A stretch of DNA of 64,000 nucleotides from positions 1 through 64,000 of IMG/VR virus record IMGVR_UViG_3300032282_002699. One strand, 5' to 3'. The position numbers were made by a program, and so were the translations under genes. The DNA is from a virus. This document shows, in pieces, positions 40,072 to 49,045 of the stretch (position 1 is its first letter; each line of letters opens with the position of its first letter). The notes beneath the pieces were generated by a model. It saw only the letters and a list, made by a program, of their open reading frames with translations, made no database searches and was not told where the DNA came from.

Positions 40072-40466
40072 TTTCTATAAGGTTTGAGGGGAGGTTTAGG
40101 CCCCTTAAGACAAACTGGTGGTTACCCACTAAGAAGGAATGGGCCCCCACCCTCATGGAAGATAACCGTGAAATCTGGCCTAAAATGGTCTCTGCTGATG
40201 GTAAACCCTGGAAGTCCTTGTCACCAAGTTATCAAAAATGGAAAACCGAGACCTTCGGACCTGGACCTATTTTGGAAGAAACTGGCGAAATGTTGAACCG
40301 GGCTTCCCTTAACGTCAGAGGCAACAAGTTTGTAGTCGTGACTAACGAAGAGGGTGTCTATAACCAGTTCGGAACCAGAAAGATGCCAGCTAGACCCTGG
40401 ATGGGGGTGCCCAATAAGTCTCTAAACAAGCTCTCTGAGCTAGCAGTTAAACACATTTTATCCTAA
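40068..40466 (+). CDS. Virion morphogenesis protein (Mu gpG / P2 gpS family)
   Basis: GKPWKSLS, ILEETG and YNQFGTRKMPARPWMG motifs. Confidence 0.8.
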   Translation: MISIRFEGRFRPLKTNWWLPTKKEWAPTLMEDNREIWPKMVSADGKPWKSLSPSYQKWKTETFGPGPILEETGEMLNRASLNVRGNKFVVVTNEEGVYNQFGTRKMPARPWMGVPNKSLNKLSELAVKHILS

Positions 40467-40867
40467 TTATTACTTATGGCAAGACGTCGTAGCAGTTCAT
40501 CAGAAGAACAAGAAATGGAGAATAGCGACCCGGTGACCATTACACCTGAGTTAGAAGAGTCTCCTGTAGCAGAATCACCAGCGGTAGAGCCAGTTAAAGC
40601 GAGTGACCCCACTGCCCCGGCTGTGCTGGAACTAAGGGTAGGGTCCACTGAAAACAAGTTGCCTGAGAAGCTCAGCAAGGAGAAAATCGAAGCCTCAGTT
40701 AAAGAGAAACTGTCCAGGAAGACTGATGACCCTAACTCAAACCCATTTGTCCCCCAAACCCAACTAGAGAACGAAGTTAAAGAGGTAGCTAAGGCTAAAG
40801 GGTTCCCCCTTTCCCGTGGTACTGAAATTGGAGCCAGACTATTGGCCAGATCAAGGAGAAAGGACGG

Positions 40868-41227
40868 GTGAACACCTTTACTTTCTCACCAAACTTTACA
40901 TGGAGGAAGGCAGGTTTTCTTTTCCTGTCTAACTCCCTCTCTTACCGTGAGGTTTTAGATGCCAACCCTGGCTGGGACATAACTAGCAGCCCTCCCCCAG
41001 GGTCAACTCTGAAAAGACCTAGTTCTGGCAAGGTGGGTGGACTTAACATGGCTCCCATAACGACCCAGAACTTCCCAAGCCCAACTCCCGAAGTTTACTA
41101 TCCCTTTAACTCCAAGGACGAGTATATCATGGCCACCATCCGGTACAGTCCCTCTGCTTTAATGGACGTTGAAAAGTGTAACGGTTATACCTCTACTTCC
41201 TCAAGGGTTCTCTCCGGTCTAGGGTAG
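40868..41227 (+). CDS. Tail X / LysM-like baseplate protein (tentative)
   Basis: TWRKAG...YREVLDANP...PPGSTLKRP resembles P2 gpX. Confidence 0.45.
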   Translation: MNTFTFSPNFTWRKAGFLFLSNSLSYREVLDANPGWDITSSPPPGSTLKRPSSGKVGGLNMAPITTQNFPSPTPEVYYPFNSKDEYIMATIRYSPSALMDVEKCNGYTSTSSRVLSGLG

Positions 41228-41364
41228 TTTTATAGAGAGAAAGTTGCCAACCTTGCAGTTGGGTAAAACTATACTGCAAACCCAAACCTTTGGCCTACGG
41301 GCACCACCGCTGGATACATCCTCGCCAGCACAAAGGAGGGAAAAAGGAGGATTAACTAAATAAA

Positions 41365-44300
41365 ATGGCAACCTTTTCTTTTGGAGTCGCCCCTGGCGCA
41401 CCCGGAACCTATATCAATGAGTCAGTCGGAAACGTTGCAGCCGCAGCTATCGCCTCATTCAGCACTGTTTACATGCTGGTTGAAACTGAGGAAACTGTAT
41501 CTGTAACTAACTTCCCATACAACAAGCCTATGATGGTAACATCTGTGGCTGACTATAAAGCTTTAGTCGGAGGAGTAATACCTGATTCTGGTATCCCCCT
41601 ACTCAGCTACAATTGCGTCAACTCCTTCTTCCAGAATGCCCAGGTGGGCGATCTGAGGGTAGTCCGTGTTGGAACCCCTAACCAGATCGTAGAGATTGAG
41701 ATCCTTGCTTCTGGTACGAAGATTAGCAACTCTGGTATCCCTTCCCCCTTAGAGGCAGGCGATATTGTCTATGCTCAGCTTCTCCTAAACAACCTGAAGC
41801 TAGTTGCTGGTGACGGGTCAACCGGGTACTCCTCTTCAGGGGATTGGTACGGTGTTCCTGTCACAATCCCTGTTGATTACATTGCCGGAGATACTGTCAA
41901 TAACAGGAAGATTTCAAAGGCTATCGCTGATGCCATTTCAGGCGCCATCGAAAGCAACCCAAGTGTGAGAAGTTCAGTCTTTGTCAGAGACTACGGTCTT
42001 CTTGTAGACCTAGACTCTACTTCAACTTCAGAGAACGCTTTTGTAAGCATCGCCGCTACAACCTATGGTGGCAGCCTGTCGGTAGTGACTCAGCAGAACC
42101 CAGTGGGCTCTAAGTCAATGCTCATGAACAACACTTACGATGTTCAGAACATTGTGGGCTTAGAGGGTAACCTAGTGCGGGTTCCCCAGGACTACATCCA
42201 GTGCATCAGCACTGCATTTGACGGTCAGCAAGACCAGGGCTACCTAATCACTCCTACCGCTTATGCCCAGTTTGACACGACTGGAAGGGCGGCTGTTGGA
42301 GCTGCTGCCGCTGCTCATTGCCAGAGCAATGACTTCAAGTGGATGGCTCTAGCTGACCCCGGTCCTTTCCTAATTACGGACGTTAACAAGTATAGCACCT
42401 ATGCTCCTCATCTACCTGCGGATGATCTGGAAACCGGTAAGAAGTACCTTGTTGATAATGCTATCTATGAGTGGACTGGTGTCGATGTTTCCTACGATAA
42501 ACTGAGGTACCAGGCAATCATCGGCGGCTATGACCCCAAAGTGGCTGTTCAGCAGTCTGTGGAGGCTGTTGGAGCTGGTGAAAAGGTGGGGGCTATTGAC
42601 CCTGGAACATTCACCCTTTCCTCTGAGTCACCTTATGCAGAGGACGGTAAGTTCATTATTACCTCATCAAGCGTTTGGCCCGCAGGACTCCAAATCATGG
42701 AGGTTAACCTGTCCAATAAAGGGGCTGATTTCGCTTCTCTAGGGGATCAGGTATACATCGTAGCACCTCCTTACGATTCTGCCCAATACGGCCCTTACCC
42801 CTCTGACGGATCAACTCAAATCGTTTACATCGCTACATCTGCAACCGCAGCTTCTAGCGTGTATAACGAGGTAGTGTCCCAGGGTGGTAGCGACCTAACG
42901 TCTTCAGCCCCCGTTGATTGCTTCTCCGTTTCTTCACCCGTTGGTTCAACCGTTGAAGCCTCTTACGGAACCCCAAGCTGGGATCTAGGCGCTCAGATCA
43001 ACATTAACGGTCAATCATCTAACCTGATCCAGAACATCAGCGACACCGAGAGCTACTATGTGAACACCACTCACATTCCTGGAACTCTCCAAGACTCCAC
43101 CAATGATTATCGCCTAGGTTTTGTCAGCAGAACGCTGTTCAACCCTCAGGACGTAATCTCCTCTACCACCATCGGAGGAAACTCCTATTGCCTGTTCACT
43201 TGCGACAACCACAAGCTTGTAAATGGTCAACAGGTATTCTTCACAAGAGCAATCAAGTACAACTCAACCACTGTATTTAAGGCCACCTCTCAAGCTAGCG
43301 TTAACCCTTACTACGTTAAGGCGATTGATCTCAACACCTTTGTGTTGGCATCTTCGTACTCTAACTACTTAGCAACTAGCTATGTGACCTACCCCGGTGT
43401 TATCACCACCGTAACCCCCTCAGTTCTCTACTCCAAAATTACCGGAGGAGAGCTAACCGCCATCAACCTTGGTGAACTATCCACCATCACGATGACGAGA
43501 GGACGTAAGTTCGGTCTTGCAAGTGGGTCTATTGCTAATACTGCTTATGACACTGACGAAGGGGCGGCCCAAACCCCCCCTAGCGTTTCCATCTACATGA
43601 ACAACAGCTCTGTTGTCCTCGGAAATGAGCAGATATTCCCATACGGTGAGGACATCAATGCTGGTTGGCAGCCCACCCTTGAGCTGGTCAACTACGGCAC
43701 ATCAACCACAGAGATTGAAAACTTCGTCTGCACCCCAACGGTAGATCAAAGGTACGGATCTGAGGCTTACCTCGTTCCTTCCATTGACGCTATTTACGGT
43801 GGTGAGTACGACCCATCCATGATGAACACTACTGGCCCTCTTGAAACTGTTGGAAATCTCTCCACAGGGGCTGTGGCAAAGCCTACAGGCACATACCAAA
43901 ATGTTGCCGTGTCGGGTGGTTCAGGAACCGGTGCAAAAGCCACTGTCGTAGTTGACGGTGCCCAAGAAGTTGTGAGCGTAACAATCACGGACGGAGGCTT
44001 AAACTACTCAGTGTCTGACACTGGGCTTGGTTTAAGTGACGGATCCCTGTACTCAGGCTTCACGATGGATGCAGCTACTGTCATGGTTCCTGCCGGTCCT
44101 CTATCCTCAGTTACTAACTTAGACGCTGGTGCTGTTTCTCAAGCTGCGGGTACTTACGTTGACGTTGAAGTGACAGGCGGTTCAGGCACCGGAGCCAAAG
44201 CCACTGTTGTAGTAAGCGGTCTCAACGTAGTCACAAGCGTTGTTATCACTACGGGTGGAACTGGCTATGAGCAAGGTGATACGGGTCTAGGCCTCTCGGG

Positions 44301-45492
44301 AGCCGGGTATTCCGGTTTCACTATGGACGTCTCGGAGATCGCTAGTGGATACGCAACGTCACTTTCTGACTACGCTATTGCTGCTGGTGTTGTAGATGGG
44401 GTTTCCGGAGAGAGACTCGGTGACCTGAAAGACACCCTTCTAGGCGTGTATTTCGACGTTACGGCAGACGGCTTGGCTCCAGACGGTACCCAGTCAGTTG
44501 TTTCCGGCGATCGTGTTGCCGTTGTGTATAGCGGATCTACCTACTCTTGGGCAGTTGTTCCTGCTGACTACCTGGGCGGGGACATGAGTTCTGTGGCACA
44601 CGTTTGCTACGGCGCTCAAGTCGAAATCTCACTGACTCAGGAGCAAGCACCTCCTAGCATCCTGTGGAGATTCGATGCAATCACCTCTACCGAGATCATG
44701 GACAATGCCCTAAGGGGTGTTGGGTTCAATGGCGAACCTCAAGCCGTGTTTATCGAGGCTGGTGTTGACAATGTAAACCGCCTGTATGAAGATAGCCAAC
44801 GCTACTTCAACGCATTCGGATTCATTGCCTACTACGGTTCTTACATCTACAACGCATCCGGTCAGTACATCCCACCAACCCCGTATGTCACTGGCGTGGC
44901 TATCCGCCGCTACCGTGCAGAAGGGTTCCAGTTCCCACCGGCTGGCGTCAAGTATCAGCTTGCTGATGCTATCTCTGTTCAGATTCCGGTGAACTCCGCT
45001 CAGCAGAACCTGCTCAACCCTGACGGATGCAACGTTGTTAGAACCCTGCCTGGCTACCCCGATACTTCAGTGTTCATCTGGGGTGGTAGAACTAGGGTAA
45101 ACAGTGATGTAGCCGATCAGCGCAAGTTCCAGTTTGTGAACACCCGTGTGATTCAGAACGTTGTTTATGGCTCACTGAGGAGCGCTTTCGACAACCAGAT
45201 ATTCTCTATCGTTGATGGGTTTGGGGTAGTATTTAACCAGATTGTTTCCATCGGAAACAGTGTCCTGGGTCAGCTATGGTCTTCCGGAGCCCTATTCGGT
45301 GCAAGACCTTCAGATGCCTTCCAAGTCATCTGCGACAACCGCATTAACACTTCCGAGAACCTGGAGAACGGCCTCGTATACGTTAAAGTATTCGACGTCC
45401 CCGTCCCAACTCTTGAAAGAATCGAGGTTGACCTGATCAGGGTGTCGGTTGGCCAAATGAACAAGGAGCTTGAATCTCAAGGTCTTTCCTAA
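41365..45492 (+). CDS. Contractile tail sheath protein with large insertions
   Basis: N-terminal APGTYINE, FFQN..G; C-terminal PPAG, QQNLLNPDGCN, IWGGRT, FVNTR, GALFG...AFQVICD..IN and PTLERI. Confidence 0.9.
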   Translation: MATFSFGVAPGAPGTYINESVGNVAAAAIASFSTVYMLVETEETVSVTNFPYNKPMMVTSVADYKALVGGVIPDSGIPLLSYNCVNSFFQNAQVGDLRVVRVGTPNQIVEIEILASGTKISNSGIPSPLEAGDIVYAQLLLNNLKLVAGDGSTGYSSSGDWYGVPVTIPVDYIAGDTVNNRKISKAIADAISGAIESNPSVRSSVFVRDYGLLVDLDSTSTSENAFVSIAATTYGGSLSVVTQQNPVGSKSMLMNNTYDVQNIVGLEGNLVRVPQDYIQCISTAFDGQQDQGYLITPTAYAQFDTTGRAAVGAAAAAHCQSNDFKWMALADPGPFLITDVNKYSTYAPHLPADDLETGKKYLVDNAIYEWTGVDVSYDKLRYQAIIGGYDPKVAVQQSVEAVGAGEKVGAIDPGTFTLSSESPYAEDGKFIITSSSVWPAGLQIMEVNLSNKGADFASLGDQVYIVAPPYDSAQYGPYPSDGSTQIVYIATSATAASSVYNEVVSQGGSDLTSSAPVDCFSVSSPVGSTVEASYGTPSWDLGAQININGQSSNLIQNISDTESYYVNTTHIPGTLQDSTNDYRLGFVSRTLFNPQDVISSTTIGGNSYCLFTCDNHKLVNGQQVFFTRAIKYNSTTVFKATSQASVNPYYVKAIDLNTFVLASSYSNYLATSYVTYPGVITTVTPSVLYSKITGGELTAINLGELSTITMTRGRKFGLASGSIANTAYDTDEGAAQTPPSVSIYMNNSSVVLGNEQIFPYGEDINAGWQPTLELVNYGTSTTEIENFVCTPTVDQRYGSEAYLVPSIDAIYGGEYDPSMMNTTGPLETVGNLSTGAVAKPTGTYQNVAVSGGSGTGAKATVVVDGAQEVVSVTITDGGLNYSVSDTGLGLSDGSLYSGFTMDAATVMVPAGPLSSVTNLDAGAVSQAAGTYVDVEVTGGSGTGAKATVVVSGLNVVTSVVITTGGTGYEQGDTGLGLSGAGYSGFTMDVSEIASGYATSLSDYAIAAGVVDGVSGERLGDLKDTLLGVYFDVTADGLAPDGTQSVVSGDRVAVVYSGSTYSWAVVPADYLGGDMSSVAHVCYGAQVEISLTQEQAPPSILWRFDAITSTEIMDNALRGVGFNGEPQAVFIEAGVDNVNRLYEDSQRYFNAFGFIAYYGSYIYNASGQYIPPTPYVTGVAIRRYRAEGFQFPPAGVKYQLADAISVQIPVNSAQQNLLNPDGCNVVRTLPGYPDTSVFIWGGRTRVNSDVADQRKFQFVNTRVIQNVVYGSLRSAFDNQIFSIVDGFGVVFNQIVSIGNSVLGQLWSSGALFGARPSDAFQVICDNRINTSENLENGLVYVKVFDVPVPTLERIEVDLIRVSVGQMNKELESQGLS

Positions 45493-45507
45493 TAAACTGA
45501 GTGAGTT

Positions 45508-45777
45508 ATGAGCAAGGAACTAAATCTACAAATTCCTGACTCACTCTTTAACTCTCTAGAAATGAGAGCCAAAGGGCAGGGTGTTTCAATAGAGGCACTC
45601 TGCCTTTCCCTATTGGATGGTGGGGGCAAGTTAGTAGAACCTGTCCTTTACTCCTCTATGGCTAATGGTGAGTTGAGAGCAGAGATAGGTCGGGTACTGG
45701 GAAGCAGCCTGCCCAAAGAAGAGATTAGGAAGAGGGTAAGAACTTTAGAGACCCAGATCACAAGATTTATCAAATGA
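45508..45777 (+). CDS. Ribbon-helix-helix-like small protein
   Basis: LNLQIPDSLFNSLEMRAKGQGVSIEAL. Confidence 0.55.
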   Translation: MSKELNLQIPDSLFNSLEMRAKGQGVSIEALCLSLLDGGGKLVEPVLYSSMANGELRAEIGRVLGSSLPKEEIRKRVRTLETQITRFIK

Positions 45778-46136
45778 GTACGCCCAGAATAAGGGGTTTG
45801 ACCTACCCGCTTACCGTAATAAATGGGAACTTAGGGGTCAGCACGGACTACAACCTTAAAACTCAGCAGATTCGTAGTGTTGTTGAGACAAGGTTCTATG
45901 AGAGGGTGATGCGGGCTGACTATGGAGTGAGCGACCATACCCTAGACATTATAGATCCGGGCCTTATCAACTCAGAGATGCAAACGGCAATCCTGGAGTA
46001 TGTGGACGGGCTATCGGCACTTACGGTAACCGGGGACTGGCAAACCTCTGGAGAAGACGGTCTTTACAGGGTTTTCATAACTTACTCTGTTGACGGGAAG
46101 CCTCAACCTCCTGTGCAGTTTTCATTAAGCAGGTGA
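45774..46136 (+). CDS. Baseplate wedge protein (gp25/gpW-like)
   Basis: GLTYPL, ETRFYERVMRADYG. Confidence 0.8.
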   Translation: MSTPRIRGLTYPLTVINGNLGVSTDYNLKTQQIRSVVETRFYERVMRADYGVSDHTLDIIDPGLINSEMQTAILEYVDGLSALTVTGDWQTSGEDGLYRVFITYSVDGKPQPPVQFSLSR

Positions 46137-46140
46137 TTAC

Positions 46141-46965
46141 ATGTTTACATACTTTGCTATAAATCTATCCAGTAAGAAGTTTCAAGTTGGAAGCACCTCC
46201 GATTTTCCTCGGAGATTTAAGGAACATTTGTGCTCTGACATGAACCCAGAGTTTAATAGGTCTTTGCGTAAGAACCCTGAGAACTTTTTCTGGCTAGTCA
46301 GTGAGGATGACGGTCTAGATGATAGGAGTGAGGAACAGTTTTATCTGGACTTTTACTACGGCACTGAGTGGTGTTATAACGCTAATCCAAATGCTCTAGA
46401 GCCCCCTTCCCAAGTAGGGACGAAATGGTGGACAGATGGGGTGACTAATACGATCTCTATGGATTGTCCGGGTGATGGGTGGAGACCGGGAAGGGTTGTA
46501 ACAAGGGATCATGCCAGAAAGATGAGTGAATCAGGGTCTGGTAGTGTATGGTGGAACAATGGAGTAGAGGAGACTAGGGCTAAGGAGTGTCCTGGCGAGG
46601 GTTGGGTATCCGGGAGGGTTTATAGCGCAGAGGGTAAAGTGGCTTGGACTGATGGTGTTAATAATACCTATAACATTGAGCCACCTGGACCGGAATGGTA
46701 CAGGGGGATTACTTTGTCGGAAGAGCAAAGGCGCAGAAGAGGAGATGCTAACAGGGGTAAAAAGTATGGGAAGAGGGATCCTTCTATTGGAAGAAAGATT
46801 TCTGAAAGTAAGAGAGGGAGGAAGTTTAGTGAATCCCATAAAAATGCGCTTTCAGAGGCTAGGTCGGATATTCCTACTCTTACTTGTGAAATCTGCGGCA
46901 AGGTAATTAGGGGAGGGAAGGGTAACTTGAGGCAACACTTGCATAAGCATCAGAGGGAGGGTTAA
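46141..46965 (+). CDS. GIY-YIG-like homing endonuclease with Trp repeats, NUMOD3-like segment and a C-terminal zinc finger
   Basis: FTY...FQVGST..RRFKEH; three W.(D/N)G...PG..W..G repeats; KISESKRGRKFSESHK; CEIC...HLHKH. Confidence 0.7.
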   Translation: MFTYFAINLSSKKFQVGSTSDFPRRFKEHLCSDMNPEFNRSLRKNPENFFWLVSEDDGLDDRSEEQFYLDFYYGTEWCYNANPNALEPPSQVGTKWWTDGVTNTISMDCPGDGWRPGRVVTRDHARKMSESGSGSVWWNNGVEETRAKECPGEGWVSGRVYSAEGKVAWTDGVNNTYNIEPPGPEWYRGITLSEEQRRRRGDANRGKKYGKRDPSIGRKISESKRGRKFSESHKNALSEARSDIPTLTCEICGKVIRGGKGNLRQHLHKHQREG

Positions 46966-49001
46966 TGGCTCAAAGATTTAAGACACCGCCTGTCCCCACT
47001 GGGGAGGTAAGTTCATACATAAGTGATCCTTATAATTTGAGCGCCATCTATATGATGGGATCGAGTTCTCCCTTCACAGGAGCGGGGAACACGATCGTTC
47101 GTCCCAGTGACGACCTCCTCATCTCAAAGGGAGGCAACAGGGCTCTATCCGTCTATCAACGCCTCCTATTCGATGAACACGTCCAATCCTCCTTTGCCAA
47201 GCTAGTCCAGGAGGTTACAGCTAGGCCCTGGTACGTTGAGGAGTATAGCCAGAAACCGGGGGATTTGGCCGTCCGTGACTACGTGGCTGAGGTTCTAGAG
47301 GAGCTGGCGATAGATGAGCTTTACAAGGGGATGTGTGAAGCCCTGATTGTTGGCTATTCTGTTGGAGAAGTCATGTGGAAGAAGACGAAGAGGGGGGTTA
47401 TCCCGTTCGACATTCGCATGAGAGATCAGCGTAGATTCGTCTTCCAGGAGAATGAGGATGCCCAGACTGGCTTCACCATGAGGTGTCTAACCTTCAACCG
47501 AATGTTTGAAGGTATTGAGCTACCTGCTAGGAAGTTCATCGTGAATAGGCACTGGGCCTTCCACAATGGAGACCCCTATGGTTCTGGCTTAGGCAGGGTC
47601 CTGTACCCCTTAGTAAAGTTCAGGCGCAGGGCGATTGAGTCCTATGTCCTCTACGGGGACAGATTCGCAACCCCCACCGTCGTAGCAACCTCCCCTTTGA
47701 GTGCATCAACGGCAGAAATCGACACTATTTACAATCACATATCTAACCTGTCTCAGGAGACGGCCCTTGTCCTCCCTGAGGGATTCAAGCTAGATTTTAT
47801 TAACCCCTCCGGCAATCCAGATGTCTTCAAAAGCCTTGTTGACTACATTGACAAGGAGATTAGTTTGCTCATTTGCGGTGAGAACGAAGCGGGTCAAGCT
47901 GAATCAGGTTCTAGGGCCTCCTCTCAAGTTGCCAACGTAGTTAGAGTTGTTAAAGCTGCGGAGATATCTGAAATTGTTTCCCAAGTCTTAACAAGAACCC
48001 TGATCCGGTGGATCGTTGACCTCAACTTTGGGGTTGATGTTGCCAGTCCTACGATAAAGAGAGAGTTTAGAATAGAGGAGTCTAGTCTAACTGTGGCCGA
48101 CGTATCAATGCTAATGCAATCTGGATTTAAGCCTAAGAAGGAATGGGTGGAAAGGCACTTTAGGGTTGACCTTGAGGAGGAGCCCCCCTCTTATACCCCT
48201 GGCGGGAAGCAAGACGACGACTCCCCTGTCAAGTACGACGCTGAGAAGGATAAGGATCTTTATGAGTCTATCTTTGGTCCTGAGGAACCTGTGGCGGAAA
48301 CACCTGAAGCTACCGCAGAAACTCCGGCTGAGGCCCCGGTTGAGGAGACACCTGAAACTCCTGTTGAGGCAGCTCCTGAAGCTACCGCAGAAACTCCGGC
48401 TGAGGAAACTCCCGAGACTGCCCCTGAAGAAGTACCAACTGAAGAAGCCGCACCTGTAGCTACCCCGGAGGAAACACCTTCACTAGAACCTGAGGTTCCT
48501 GCTGAGGAAACACCTGAGACCACACCTGAAGCTACCACGGAGGAAACACCTTCACCAGAACCTGAGGTTCCTGCTGAGGAAACCCCCGATGAAAACTTAC
48601 TGGCTGAAGCAGAAAACTTAACAGGAGAGGAGCCTAATACCCCGGCCGAGGAGACTCCAGAAGCCACTACAGAGGGGGCCCCATCTAGTAAAAACGAAGA
48701 CCTTCTAAGAGAAGCTAATACAATGTTAGATGAACTTCCCCCGGAGGAAACACCTGAGACTACCCCGGAAGCTACCACTGAGGAGACTCCGCCAGAGAGT
48801 GATGAGGATCTGTTGAATGAAGCTAGCTCAATGCTGGAGGAGGAGACTCCAAAAGGTAAGTCTAAGGCTGAACCCGCAAGTAAAAAACCCAAGAAAAAAG
48901 GTAAGAAAAAGGCTAAAACTCCGGCCCCGGTTGAGGAAGAGCCGAGAAGATCCATACCAACAGATGCAGAAATAGACGATCTGATCAACTCTGTACCCTA
49001 A
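46965..49001 (+). CDS. Portal protein (DUF935/Mu gp29 family) with an acidic low-complexity tail
   Basis: DEHV.S, GYSVGEVMW, GDPYGSGLGRVLY, DRFATP, EISLLICG, GSRA...V and WIVDLNFG motifs. Confidence 0.88.
   Translation: MAQRFKTPPVPTGEVSSYISDPYNLSAIYMMGSSSPFTGAGNTIVRPSDDLLISKGGNRALSVYQRLLFDEHVQSSFAKLVQEVTARPWYVEEYSQKPGDLAVRDYVAEVLEELAIDELYKGMCEALIVGYSVGEVMWKKTKRGVIPFDIRMRDQRRFVFQENEDAQTGFTMRCLTFNRMFEGIELPARKFIVNRHWAFHNGDPYGSGLGRVLYPLVKFRRRAIESYVLYGDRFATPTVVATSPLSASTAEIDTIYNHISNLSQETALVLPEGFKLDFINPSGNPDVFKSLVDYIDKEISLLICGENEAGQAESGSRASSQVANVVRVVKAAEISEIVSQVLTRTLIRWIVDLNFGVDVASPTIKREFRIEESSLTVADVSMLMQSGFKPKKEWVERHFRVDLEEEPPSYTPGGKQDDDSPVKYDAEKDKDLYESIFGPEEPVAETPEATAETPAEAPVEETPETPVEAAPEATAETPAEETPETAPEEVPTEEAAPVATPEETPSLEPEVPAEETPETTPEATTEETPSPEPEVPAEETPDENLLAEAENLTGEEPNTPAEETPEATTEGAPSSKNEDLLREANTMLDELPPEETPETTPEATTEETPPESDEDLLNEASSMLEEETPKGKSKAEPASKKPKKKGKKKAKTPAPVEEEPRRSIPTDAEIDDLINSVP
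48283..48850 (+). repeat. Degenerate tandem repeats encoding EETP/PEAT units in the portal tail
   Basis: Recurrent GAGGAAACACCT / CCTGAAGCTACC units; CCTGAAGCTACCGCAGAAACTCCGGCTGAG occurs twice. Confidence 0.85.
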
Positions 49002-49045
49002 GTTCCCATTAGGGTAAAAACAAGTTACTGTCACCTAATCGAAAA

